Positions 1 to 9,617 of a stretch of DNA of 64,000 nucleotides are shown piece by piece. Source of the stretch: an uncultured archaeon (GTDB lineage: Archaea > Asgardarchaeota > Lokiarchaeia > Sigyniarchaeales > SOKP01); NCBI GenBank assembly GCA_964388035.1, contig CAYLZE010000011.1:21329-85328 (forward strand), read 5' to 3'. The notes under the pieces were generated by a model. It ran no database searches. It was given only the letters and a program-made list of their open reading frames with translations, and was not told the origin of the DNA. Position 1 is the first letter of the stretch, and each line of letters starts with the position of its first letter. A program made the translations under genes and the position numbers.

Positions 1-2
1 AC

Positions 3-551
3 CAATTAGATGACATTAAGAACAATATTAAACGATTGGATAAAGACATCGCAAAAGCAGGAAAGGAAATAGAAATTCTGGAGGAAAAGGAGAAAATTGC
101 CCAAAAATATCGTAAATATCAAGAAAATTTTGAAAGAGTTCAATCCGTGATTAGAGAAAATGTATGCTCGCTCTTAGAAGAGCAAATTCTTGAATTACAT
201 AGAAATCTTTCCACGACGGATGAATTCGAAAAGGTACACGTTGATAATAATGATTACAGTCTCTCCATCACACCTCATAGTTTAAAAGAAAAAGAATTTT
301 ATCCGGCGCATTTATATGAAGGAGGAGGTCATAAGCTAATTTTAGGTCTTTCCTACAAATTTTCATTAGGGAAAATAATAGGTAATGCTCCGTTTCTCCT
401 TATTGATGAACCAACTGAATTCATGGACGAGAAAAATCGTGTCAATCTCTTATCAACCTTATCTACCATACTCCAGAATAATCAGGTCATGCTCATTACC
501 CATCAAGATGTGAATAAAATCAATTGTAAGAAGAAAATCGAAATTAATTAG
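3..551 (+). CDS. SMC/Rad50-like ABC ATPase, C-terminal part (runs off the window 5')
   Basis: Frame is open from position 3. A coiled coil precedes Walker B/D-loop LLIDEPTEFMD and H-loop ITHQ. The signature reads YEGGGHK instead of LSGGE. Confidence 0.8.
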   Translation, partial: QLDDIKNNIKRLDKDIAKAGKEIEILEEKEKIAQKYRKYQENFERVQSVIRENVCSLLEEQILELHRNLSTTDEFEKVHVDNNDYSLSITPHSLKEKEFYPAHLYEGGGHKLILGLSYKFSLGKIIGNAPFLLIDEPTEFMDEKNRVNLLSTLSTILQNNQVMLITHQDVNKINCKKKIEIN

Positions 552-1079
552 GTGAAAAAAATGATTGAAACCGGTATTGAAAATGCTGTAAAAAAGTTTA
601 GAGAAGACGTTCAAGGACTTTATTTAGCAAAATTAGAGTATTTAGACCAAATTTTTACATTTGCTCAAGAACAAGCGAAAAATCACGTATCCATGGAAGA
701 TTTTGAGAGAAAAATGAGCTTTAATTTCTTAAAAGAAATTATTCTCAGGGTTAAAAATGATGAATTGTCTCATAAAGATTTTTTTTTAGAAGGATTAAAA
801 AGTAGTGATTTTTGGAAACCCTTAGCAAAATTAGTGCTCTTTAAGCGCATCGAAGAATTGCGAAAATGCAAGGTTCTAAAAAAAGGAAAAAAATATGATG
901 TTTCTGGTCTTAAAGAAACTTTTATTGGAAAATATATCATGGATCGATTAAAATTCGAACGAAGATCCATGTTGGACGAAATAGAATACCTAAAAATAAC
1001 TAGTGCTATAAAAAAATTGAAGTATGAAGTTCCTCTTTTAATCGAACCAACTACAACAGAGAAATTTTTTAAAGATTAA
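552..1079 (+). CDS. hypothetical protein (start may be ATG 561)
   Basis: 175-aa ORF abutting the upstream stop; no recognisable motif. Confidence 0.7.
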   Translation: MKKMIETGIENAVKKFREDVQGLYLAKLEYLDQIFTFAQEQAKNHVSMEDFERKMSFNFLKEIILRVKNDELSHKDFFLEGLKSSDFWKPLAKLVLFKRIEELRKCKVLKKGKKYDVSGLKETFIGKYIMDRLKFERRSMLDEIEYLKITSAIKKLKYEVPLLIEPTTTEKFFKD

Positions 1080-1106
1080 ATTAGAATAAAAGAAAGTTGA
1101 AAATAA

Positions 1107-2036
1107 ATGACTAAAAGTGATGTAGAAAAAAAGGAAGATTCAGATAATTTTTCTGAATTGATGGAAAAAAGCAAAATTATTGATATTCGTGAAAATATTA
1201 ATTTAGTTTTAGAAGGACAATATCTCTATGCATATGAGGCCATGATGGATGCATATAACGCAGGATTGTTCGTGGGCTTAGTGGGACCGGTTGGTTGTGG
1301 AAAAACAGCTTTATGCAGGAAATTTGCCTACGATTTGAAAAGAGAGTTCTATTGGGTCACCTTTTCAGATCTCGTTAGACCCGCAACTTTAATAGGATCG
1401 TTTGATCCTACTCTTGTTTTTAAATATGGCTTTGCAGCAGAATCTTACATCCCGGGTCCTTTTACATTAGCCTCCTTAAAGGGAGGCGTATTTCTGGCAA
1501 ATGAATTGAATCGTGGGGATGAATATGTTTTGAATAGCATGTTAGATGCCATGGAAGAAAGACGATTATACATTCCCCAACTTAAAACTTGGATGAAAGC
1601 CAGAGATGAATTTTATGTCATCGCCGCAATGAATCCCTCGGAACTCAAGGGTACCAGAAAATTGCCCTCAGCCATTAAAGATAGAATCAAAGTCTGGATT
1701 CACTTGGGTTATCCTCCCAGGTCCTTAGAACAGAAGATCATGGTTGCAAATTGCCCCGAATATCAACTCTCAGCAATGATGCAAGAGAAAATCATTGAAT
1801 TAATGATAAAGATTCGTGAGGATCCCATGGTTGAAATTCCTCCCAGCTTGCGTACCAGTATTGGTCTTGCTCGCTTCATATCTCAGCGTGCTAAGAGGTT
1901 AAATGTGACAGTAGATAACAAGTTAGTCGCAGAATGCGCTAAATTAATTCTTCCTGACGCCCTAGAATTGCGTCCTGGAAGAGAGGTTAATGCATTTTTA
2001 AAAAAAATCTTGACAAGTGTTATTGGTGTTGCTTAA
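1107..2036 (+). CDS. MoxR-family AAA+ ATPase (AAA_5/dynein-related type)
   Basis: Walker A GPVGCGKT, Walker B-like FLANELNR, sensor-1 AAMNP, Arg-finger AIKDR, lid PPSLR. Confidence 0.9.
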   Translation: MTKSDVEKKEDSDNFSELMEKSKIIDIRENINLVLEGQYLYAYEAMMDAYNAGLFVGLVGPVGCGKTALCRKFAYDLKREFYWVTFSDLVRPATLIGSFDPTLVFKYGFAAESYIPGPFTLASLKGGVFLANELNRGDEYVLNSMLDAMEERRLYIPQLKTWMKARDEFYVIAAMNPSELKGTRKLPSAIKDRIKVWIHLGYPPRSLEQKIMVANCPEYQLSAMMQEKIIELMIKIREDPMVEIPPSLRTSIGLARFISQRAKRLNVTVDNKLVAECAKLILPDALELRPGREVNAFLKKILTSVIGVA

Positions 2037-2056
2037 AATTCAAATGAGATGATAAA

Positions 2057-4621
2057 ATGGCTCAAAATAATTCCATGGATTCTATAAAAGTTGGAGACTT
2101 TTGGAATAATCAAGTATTAGAATGGAATCCGCTTACCTTTACGGTGGAATTCATTTATAGAATGCGTCAATTAAAACATAATCTTTTAAATTCTCCTAGT
2201 ACACGACAAGCGATTGCGATTCCTAAATTAATGACTGCAATGTATTATCGAAAAATAAATCTCATCCCTGATGATTACATAAAAGCAGCCGTAATTACAA
2301 CTCCTATTGAAGACCAAGAAATCGCTGCTAAAATTGCTCATGATATCATCTTTTCCAAGCCAGAAGAGGTTAGGAAAAAAAAGATTAAGAGGGAAAGTAA
2401 GGAAACTAAACCAGGAAATAAAGTGATTACACAAGGATCGGATTTTATGGAAGATCTCCTCTCAGAGATAATGGATGAAGAACTCCTTGATGAAAACTTG
2501 GATATTGAGGCTTTAATGGATCAAACTATTGAAGAAGTATCATCTTTAATGGATTTTATCAATAGTATCTACGAAGAAGCAAGAAAAGGGTTGGAGCCTT
2601 ATCAGAGCTTGGTCGATATTTTAGAGAGCAGAAGTAATTATCAAAATGTTTTAGGAAAGGGAATTTCTACAATAGACCAATTGAAGGAATATCTTCATCA
2701 AATAATACAGAGAGAAAAAAGTACGCTTTTCCCTCAAGAAATTAAGTCTTCAATTAATTTAGGATGGGGACAAGACCTAATCAATCAAGATACGGCTCCT
2801 TGGATTAAAGCATCTGCCATGTATGGGACAAATAATCCCGACTTTAAGAATTATCTAAAGGATATATTAGCAAACGAAGACGTGGGAACTGCAGCTAAGA
2901 CTAATGATTATCTGCAAAAAATTGGTATGGATCCGAAAAAGGCAGAGGATTTAACTAAACAATTAGTTGACCGAGTTTCTGATATTATGGATATTTCTGA
3001 AATCGCGAATGTATTGAGATCCGTTCCCGAATTTGATGAAAAAAAAATTATTCCTAATAGCCTAAATCGAGATGTAGGTTTATCCTTTAATATCACCCGC
3101 GCATTAGATGAACAATTTTCTACCAATTTCACTAATCACTTTTTTGACGAATGGAGTAAAACCAATCCAGATCCTTCATTATCCGAACTTTATCAAACAC
3201 AAACTAAAAGTCCCTATTGGAATCAAAAAGTGAATGATTTTGTATCCTCAAAACTTACCGATTTATCGAGTACTAATGGGAGTGCAGCGAATAATTTGAT
3301 GAATCTTGCGAAAGATTTGAAAAATTATTCTATGGAATCTGAATATGAGCTTTGTGCTGATCTTTTTAATGAAAAAGCTGGTCAGGCGGGAATGAAAGCA
3401 CTTGAAAAAGAAGTAGATATCAATCAATTTAAAAATAAATTGGAATCTTTAATCGAAAATGATATTAAGATAATCCCGTCAGATGTTCTTCAAATGTCAA
3501 AGAAACTAGGCATTCCAGAAGTTGATGTGATTGAAATTCTAGGCGGGACTTTCGAGCTTTTAATTTCAATGACCGAGAATAAAGTAGGAACTTTTGATCG
3601 ATACTTTAAAATATTAAAAAATTTAAACTCCTTAACTAATGATCAGACCCGCGAATTGATGAGTAAGGCACTTGATGTTAACAATTTCCAAGCGTTAGGT
3701 GCTTTAGGCCATGCTAATTTGGGAAATGCGTTTAAAGTTTGCGAGCAGAATTTTCCGAATGCCTCCTTACAATTATCAGAATCCCTTTCAGCAGGACCAG
3801 GTGACAATTTATTACTGCAATGGTTCTTACACCGTCATTATATTCCTCCAAAAGCTAAAGAGTTTGTTAGAAATTTGGTTAAAGATGCTTTAATCAAAAT
3901 TGCTTTAAATATGATTTCAAACCAGAGAGGAAGCGGAGAAAAGGGGTTGGTCCCTACAAATAAGCTGAGAACTTTCCTTGAAGGAGATGACATGGACTTA
4001 ATTGACATTGATGCATCAATTGAAAATATCATCATGCAAGGGAAATCATTAGAAATGGTATGTACAGAGGATCTAATGGTAATGGAAGCTGAAAAAGGGC
4101 GAGTTTCAATATGCTTTCTATTAGATATCTCCGGTTCAATGAGTGGAATGAAATTAGCTGCTTGCTCCATTGCTGTAATGGTATTAATTGGAACCCTAAG
4201 AGCGGAAGAAGTGGCAATTTGTTTTTTTGAATCGAGTACGCATGTTGTTAAAGAATTTGGAGATGAAAAAAATTTAGATGATGTGGCTGATGAATTATTA
4301 GACCTCCAAGCTCGGGGTGGGACGCAAGTTCAGAGAGCATTAGAATGGGGGGGAAATCAGTTGAAAGAAACAACTTCAGAGTTGAAAGTATGTTTTTTAT
4401 TGACGGATTGTGAATTTTCTGAATCAAATGAAGTACTCATTACGAATTTAGAAGAATATGTGAACCAAAAAGTGGAATTTCTCTTAGGGGTAAATACCAA
4501 GTCCTATTCAAAAAGAACTTCAGAATGCATTTTGGAAATGACAAAGGGTAAAATAGTATATATTTTAGAGATAATGGATATTCCTAAAGTTCTCCGAGAG
4601 GTATTGGATCAAATCGGATAA
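2057..4621 (+). CDS. large vWA (MIDAS) domain protein, partner of the MoxR ATPase
   Basis: C-terminal LLDISGSM, GGT and LLTD MIDAS elements; directly downstream of the MoxR gene. Confidence 0.88.
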   Translation: MAQNNSMDSIKVGDFWNNQVLEWNPLTFTVEFIYRMRQLKHNLLNSPSTRQAIAIPKLMTAMYYRKINLIPDDYIKAAVITTPIEDQEIAAKIAHDIIFSKPEEVRKKKIKRESKETKPGNKVITQGSDFMEDLLSEIMDEELLDENLDIEALMDQTIEEVSSLMDFINSIYEEARKGLEPYQSLVDILESRSNYQNVLGKGISTIDQLKEYLHQIIQREKSTLFPQEIKSSINLGWGQDLINQDTAPWIKASAMYGTNNPDFKNYLKDILANEDVGTAAKTNDYLQKIGMDPKKAEDLTKQLVDRVSDIMDISEIANVLRSVPEFDEKKIIPNSLNRDVGLSFNITRALDEQFSTNFTNHFFDEWSKTNPDPSLSELYQTQTKSPYWNQKVNDFVSSKLTDLSSTNGSAANNLMNLAKDLKNYSMESEYELCADLFNEKAGQAGMKALEKEVDINQFKNKLESLIENDIKIIPSDVLQMSKKLGIPEVDVIEILGGTFELLISMTENKVGTFDRYFKILKNLNSLTNDQTRELMSKALDVNNFQALGALGHANLGNAFKVCEQNFPNASLQLSESLSAGPGDNLLLQWFLHRHYIPPKAKEFVRNLVKDALIKIALNMISNQRGSGEKGLVPTNKLRTFLEGDDMDLIDIDASIENIIMQGKSLEMVCTEDLMVMEAEKGRVSICFLLDISGSMSGMKLAACSIAVMVLIGTLRAEEVAICFFESSTHVVKEFGDEKNLDDVADELLDLQARGGTQVQRALEWGGNQLKETTSELKVCFLLTDCEFSESNEVLITNLEEYVNQKVEFLLGVNTKSYSKRTSECILEMTKGKIVYILEIMDIPKVLREVLDQIG

Positions 4622-4767
4622 AACTATTTCTTCTCTCAAAAGAAAAATAAAGAAAAAGCAGAATCAGTCAAATGGTTAGGTTTTGGATAATTCTGCGAAA
4701 TCTACTTTTTTTTTAATAAATAACCATGTATGAAATCAATGGCTTTAAGTAAAGAAGCCATATTAAG

Positions 4768-5643
4768 TCATTTTTTCCATGCTACGCCTAAAATATACCC
4801 AACATAGTTTTTAGTGTTTTTTCTACTTAACAGCTTTCTTTTTGCCTTGCTGATTAAACCAAATTTTTTTCTTAATTCTTTGCTTTTCAAAGCTAATTTA
4901 ATTATTTTGCCAAATATCTTGATTAATTTTTTATATCCTCCAAAATCATTAATAATTTTCCCAATATTGCTTTTGCTACCATATTCATGACATTTTTCTA
5001 AGTAAACATCAGAAAAGGAAGTACGATAAAAATTTTCTTGCCATTCAGAGGGAGTAGGAATATTCAAAGGTAACTCAGTGAGATCTTGGAATATTTTTTC
5101 TGCTTGATCTACTTCTTCAGCTAACTCCAACGGAACGTCTTCTGTTTTAAACAATTCATTAATACCTAAACATCCTCCTTTTTTTAAAACACGATGAAAT
5201 TCTTTAAAAGCTTTTTCTCGGTCTAGAAATTGAGAAACAAAGACAGTTAAAACAACATCAAAGGTTTCAGTTTCAAATTCCAGATCATATGCATCACCTA
5301 CTTTAAACTCAACTAAATAAGTTAACTCTTCTCTTTCAACTCGTTCTTTAGCTTTTTGAATCATGTGTTCCGCAATATCAATTCCGATAATTGAGCATCC
5401 ATATGTTTTGGCAATGTATACAGCATCGCCCCCCGTACCGCAACCGACCACCAAAACTTTTTTCGCATTTTCGAGTTTACATAATTCTGCCAACCGTCCA
5501 ATGGATTCAAATCCTCCTATTGTAAAAAAAGGAACGTCCAGATGAGCCATTAAATCGTAATAAGATAACTTTTCAAGCTCATCAATGGAATACATTTCTT
5601 CCTTTTTTTCATAATCTACCTTTTGCATGTTTTTAACCTCCAA
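4768..5643 (-). CDS. class I SAM-dependent methyltransferase
   Basis: VLVVGCGTG motif I, GIDI, GDAYDL..FDVV, EFHRVLKKGG. Confidence 0.9.
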   Translation of the reverse strand: MEVKNMQKVDYEKKEEMYSIDELEKLSYYDLMAHLDVPFFTIGGFESIGRLAELCKLENAKKVLVVGCGTGGDAVYIAKTYGCSIIGIDIAEHMIQKAKERVEREELTYLVEFKVGDAYDLEFETETFDVVLTVFVSQFLDREKAFKEFHRVLKKGGCLGINELFKTEDVPLELAEEVDQAEKIFQDLTELPLNIPTPSEWQENFYRTSFSDVYLEKCHEYGSKSNIGKIINDFGGYKKLIKIFGKIIKLALKSKELRKKFGLISKAKRKLLSRKNTKNYVGYILGVAWKK

Positions 5644-5675
5644 TTCATTTATATTAAAATAAAACCAATCTTCAT

Positions 5676-5797
5676 TTCACATTTTTTGAAGAATTATATT
5701 TACCTAACTTTAATAAAAAAATAAGAACATTTAAATATTTTCATTTCATCTGAAATATAATGAAATCAAGATTCAAATTATCTGAAACATATGAAAT
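5676..5797. promoter_or_regulatory. candidate operator array (three TTCA-N7-TGAA boxes) in a divergent promoter
   Basis: Boxes at 5676-5690, 5740-5754 and 5772-5786, between the methyltransferase and two wHTH regulator genes. Confidence 0.5.
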
Positions 5798-5833
5798 TAT
5801 AATTAATTAATTGCCAAAAGAATATTTTTTGAC

Positions 5834-6646
5834 ATGAACAATAAAGAAAATCGAGATAATGGGAAAGATCCAAAAGAAATAGAAAAAGTTTTGATGAAGT
5901 CTGCAAAGAATACTTTAATAAACACCATTTATAACAATCCCGTATTGGACATTGGAACTTTTAAAGAAAAAATTAAAGATTTTTTACTCAATCCACTTTG
6001 GAATCAAGACTCTATTATTTCGTTGAAAAATACTTTTTCAATCTTAACCCAAAAAGATGAAAAAGAAAAAAATCGGTTGATGAATAAAATCCAGAAAATT
6101 TTTGATGAAAATTATCTAAAATTCCAAGATAATTATTTATTCAAGGGACGGGTGAAGGAGTATGAAGAAATATTAATCGACTTAATTAAACAAATTGCGG
6201 TCAGAAGAGGGCAAACATCAATAATGGGAACAATTATAGGATATTTGATAATCCATGAAAATGGTCTCACGCAGCAACAACTAAAAGAATTAAGCGGGAG
6301 CTCGATAGGATCAATTTCTACATATTTAAATAGCATGGAAAAAGCAAAATTTCTAGAAAAAAAAATGGTTGAGGGAACCAAAACCTATGTTTACTCATTT
6401 GGTGGAGATTTATCATACATGGCATTTAACATAGGCTTTGTAAAGAAAGAAATTAATGACCAAGTCACTCAATTCATTGAGAATAAATTAAAGGAATTAG
6501 AAAATTTTAAAAATCAAAACGGTTATGACATTCTAACTAACCAATTACAAGATTTCTTAAAATCCCTAAAAATTAGAGAAAAAATATTATTAAAAATTGA
6601 AAAGACCTATAAAGTGGAGCAATTTCTTAAATCTAATAAGGAGTGA
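5834..6646 (+). CDS. GbsR/MarR-like winged-helix transcriptional regulator with N-terminal extension
   Basis: LTQQQLKELSGSSIGSISTYLNSM...FLEKKMVEGTKTYVY wHTH pattern. Confidence 0.8.
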   Translation: MNNKENRDNGKDPKEIEKVLMKSAKNTLINTIYNNPVLDIGTFKEKIKDFLLNPLWNQDSIISLKNTFSILTQKDEKEKNRLMNKIQKIFDENYLKFQDNYLFKGRVKEYEEILIDLIKQIAVRRGQTSIMGTIIGYLIIHENGLTQQQLKELSGSSIGSISTYLNSMEKAKFLEKKMVEGTKTYVYSFGGDLSYMAFNIGFVKKEINDQVTQFIENKLKELENFKNQNGYDILTNQLQDFLKSLKIREKILLKIEKTYKVEQFLKSNKE

Positions 6647-7197
6647 GATCGATAATGTCTAATAACATGGTATTTGATAGCAATATATTAAAAATAGAAA
6701 AGGAAATCGTGAATTATCTAATTAAATCCCCGTTATTCCTGGGGCAAGAACCTAAAAAAGTGCTAATAATTGCTTTATTTATTACGAGGAAAAGATTAAC
6801 TCAGCGAATATTAAAACATTTAACAGGATATTATGCGGAAAAACCCTTTTCCTCGGGAAGTATCTCCATGGAATTGAATGCTCTCGTTGAACAAAATATC
6901 ATAAGAAAAGCACAAACATCCAGTTCTGGTGAAATTACATACGAGATAGAATCCATGGAAGCAGTGTTGATGAATTCTAATTTACAAACCTTAAAAGAAT
7001 TAACAACTGTATTCGGAGATAAGTTAAAAATAATCAAAAAAGGAATGGAAGAGGAGAGGAAAGAAATAAAATTTATCCACGGATTTTGGGCTGTATATAG
7101 AATCGTATCGCTTTTTTATAATACAATTGATTTCTCTAATAAAATTATAGAAATTTTAGAAGATGAACTCAACGCGCGTGAAAATAAAAGTTCATGA
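6643..7197 (+). CDS. GbsR/MarR-like winged-helix protein (start may be ATG 6655)
   Basis: LTQRILKHLTG...FSSGSISMELNALVEQNII; paralogous to the upstream gene; GTGA overlap. Confidence 0.75.
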   Translation: MRSIMSNNMVFDSNILKIEKEIVNYLIKSPLFLGQEPKKVLIIALFITRKRLTQRILKHLTGYYAEKPFSSGSISMELNALVEQNIIRKAQTSSSGEITYEIESMEAVLMNSNLQTLKELTTVFGDKLKIIKKGMEEERKEIKFIHGFWAVYRIVSLFYNTIDFSNKIIEILEDELNARENKSS

Positions 7198-7351
7198 AAG
7201 AAAAAAAATGCTTTCTTCAAATCATTTAGTTCTATTAGGAAATACGTATTGAAAAAGGTTTTTAATAGTGGAAGTTTTCCTTTTTTACAAGCTATATTGA
7301 TGAATCAATTTTATCCAAGTAATACATTGTAATTAAAAATATAAGGATATC

Positions 7352-7885
7352 ATGAAGAAAGATTCTTTAGCACTCATTGGATTCATGGCTACTGGAAAAA
7401 GTACAGTGGGAAAAGCTTTAACAGAAAAGTTAGGGGGAGATTATGAATTCCTAGAAATAGATGAAATCATAGAAAAGCAAGCAGGTAAAACCATTCCTCA
7501 AATTTTTTCTGAAGAAGGAGAAATAAAATTCAGAGAACTTGAAATTGCCGCGTGTAAAAGTCTTTCACAAATGCATAAAAAGGTCATCTCTTGTGGAGGA
7601 GGGGCCGTACTGAATAAGATCAACATGGATTATCTAAAAAAAAATTGTTATATTGTATTACTTACAGCATCCAAGGAAGAATTAGCCAAAAGAATAGTGA
7701 AAGATGGAATAGAAAAACGACCAAAAATCAAGAAAGAAGATTTCAATAAAGAAATGGTGACCCTTTTAGAGTTCAGAAAACCTTTTTATTCGGCTCAAGC
7801 TGATTTTCAAATTGACACTACTGGAAAAAGCATACAGCAGATTGTAGAGGAAATTATTTCTAAAATTAATAAAAATAAAAAATAA
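7352..7885 (+). CDS. aroK: shikimate kinase (bacterial AroK/NMP-kinase type)
   Basis: GFMATGKS P-loop, IFSEEGEIKFRELE, SCGGG, RP lid, R..FY. Confidence 0.92.
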   Translation: MKKDSLALIGFMATGKSTVGKALTEKLGGDYEFLEIDEIIEKQAGKTIPQIFSEEGEIKFRELEIAACKSLSQMHKKVISCGGGAVLNKINMDYLKKNCYIVLLTASKEELAKRIVKDGIEKRPKIKKEDFNKEMVTLLEFRKPFYSAQADFQIDTTGKSIQQIVEEIISKINKNKK

Positions 7886-7900
7886 GTAAAATTCAAGAAA

Positions 7901-8743
7901 ATGAGCATAATTAAGGATTTCTTAAATATTATCAAAGATATTAATGAAGTAGTGCAAATTCCTCCTATTAAGGAAATCTTCATACCAACTTCTGAAATTC
8001 TGATAAAAAGTCCTAAAAAATCTAGTTTTGGGGCAGTTCAATTAGAGGATAAGACAATTGGAATCGTATTTCTCAATTTAAATGATAAGATAAAAGAAGA
8101 AAGTAAATCTTTCGATTTAAATACTTTCAAGGGTACAAATACGATAGATTTAGCGTTAAAGTTTAGTTCTTCAAATGATTTTTATAAAACCTTAGGACTT
8201 GGAGCCATGAATGCAATTAGCCAATACATCCTTCGAAAACCAGGCTTTTCTTTTGACTTTACTACGGATCCCTTGGGAAAATTATATTTGAATAACCAAG
8301 ATAATGTGGGCATGGTTGGATTTTTCCCTCCTTTAGTTAATTTAATCAACAAAATGGAGATACCTCTCATAGTGATTGAAAAAAAGGAGCAGCTAGTTCA
8401 ACAACACGAGAATTGGCAAGTAACTCTCGATGCTTCTGCATTAGAACGATGCAATAAAGTCCTTTGTACGAGCACCACCGTATTAAATAATACCCTCGAT
8501 GATATTTTATCACATTGCAAAAGTGCGGATAGAATTGCTGTTGTGGGGCCTACTGCAGGATTTCTACCGGACCCTTTATTCAAAAAAAATGTCCAGGTAG
8601 TAGGGGGAACCTTCATTCAAGATCCGATGCTTTTCATGCAAAGGATAAAGAAGGGTATTAAATGGGGAGATTCGGCTGAAAAATATTGCATAGAAGATAT
8701 TACCTATCCAGGATATAAGCACTTGCTTAAAACAATTTCATGA
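7901..8743 (+). CDS. DUF364 / Rossmann-like putative heavy-metal chelation protein
   Basis: GAMNAISQ, VGMVGFFPP, TSTTVLNNTLDDIL, VVGPTA. Confidence 0.8.
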   Translation: MSIIKDFLNIIKDINEVVQIPPIKEIFIPTSEILIKSPKKSSFGAVQLEDKTIGIVFLNLNDKIKEESKSFDLNTFKGTNTIDLALKFSSSNDFYKTLGLGAMNAISQYILRKPGFSFDFTTDPLGKLYLNNQDNVGMVGFFPPLVNLINKMEIPLIVIEKKEQLVQQHENWQVTLDASALERCNKVLCTSTTVLNNTLDDILSHCKSADRIAVVGPTAGFLPDPLFKKNVQVVGGTFIQDPMLFMQRIKKGIKWGDSAEKYCIEDITYPGYKHLLKTIS

Positions 8744-8825
8744 GAAGAAATTTAAATCGAGCAAACACATAAATTTAAATTATCTTACCCCACTTTTAAT
8801 ATAAAAACTCCAAGTTTGATTAAAG

Positions 8826-8996
8826 ATGAGCACGTATAAGCGTATAAAATGTGCAAAATGTGGAAATGAGAATCCAAGAAAGCTCCATGAAGAACCTGAT
8901 AAAAGTGAAGTACTTTATTATTCAATGCAAGGAACTCCCGTCTATAAAACACTTATAAAGTGCGGCGAATGCGGCTATAAGTGGAGTAAATCTTAG
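8826..8996 (+). CDS. 56-aa zinc-ribbon microprotein (absent from ORF track)
   Basis: MSTYKRIKCAKCGNENPRKLHEEPDKSEVLYYSMQGTPVYKTLIKCGECGYKWSKS; two CxxC pairs; TATA-like sequence upstream. Confidence 0.8.
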   Translation: MSTYKRIKCAKCGNENPRKLHEEPDKSEVLYYSMQGTPVYKTLIKCGECGYKWSKS

Positions 8997-9281
8997 CTTT
9001 TTGGTTTTAAACGTCAATGCTTATATCAAAACTATAATTTTTCTAATACTATTTTTCCTTTTTATCTATTTTTGATAATTTCATATGATTGGAATCCTCA
9101 TAAATCATAAATGCATCTTTTATAGGTCAAATTAAGTTTGCGTTATGAAAAATATAAACTAAGAAATTTCTTAAATCTTAAAAGAACTATTAAGATGAAA
9201 AGATAGGAAAGAAATTTAATTTCTCTTGAGGAAGGAAGAAATTGAAGTTTCTCGTCTGACTTAAATTAAGTAAAAGAACAG

Positions 9282-9617
9282 CTATAGTCCAAAAATATAT
9301 TCAATTTCTTTCTTATTATCATTTTCATTTGAAAAGATTGCCAGATAAAATAAGACTTTCATGATAAGGTCAGATTCATGAATTCTTTCTATTAAATTAT
9401 TAACTCCATCTTGCATTTTCTCTAAATCAATGCGATCTTGAGGATAAAGCTTGTTTTGATTATCAAAATATTCATTTATTCTTCCGTATACTACATCCTC
9501 ATATCCCGGGGTGAAAATCATATTTACAAAATCACGTCTTTCAGAGAAGTTAAAAATTTCTTCTAAGACTATTTTGAAGCTGTCCGCAATTTTTTTTATA
9601 AATTTTTCTTCATTCAT
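9282..9617 (-). CDS. hypothetical protein
   Basis: 111-aa ORF with coding-like composition. Confidence 0.65.
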   Translation of the reverse strand: MNEEKFIKKIADSFKIVLEEIFNFSERRDFVNMIFTPGYEDVVYGRINEYFDNQNKLYPQDRIDLEKMQDGVNNLIERIHESDLIMKVLFYLAIFSNENDNKKEIEYIFGL

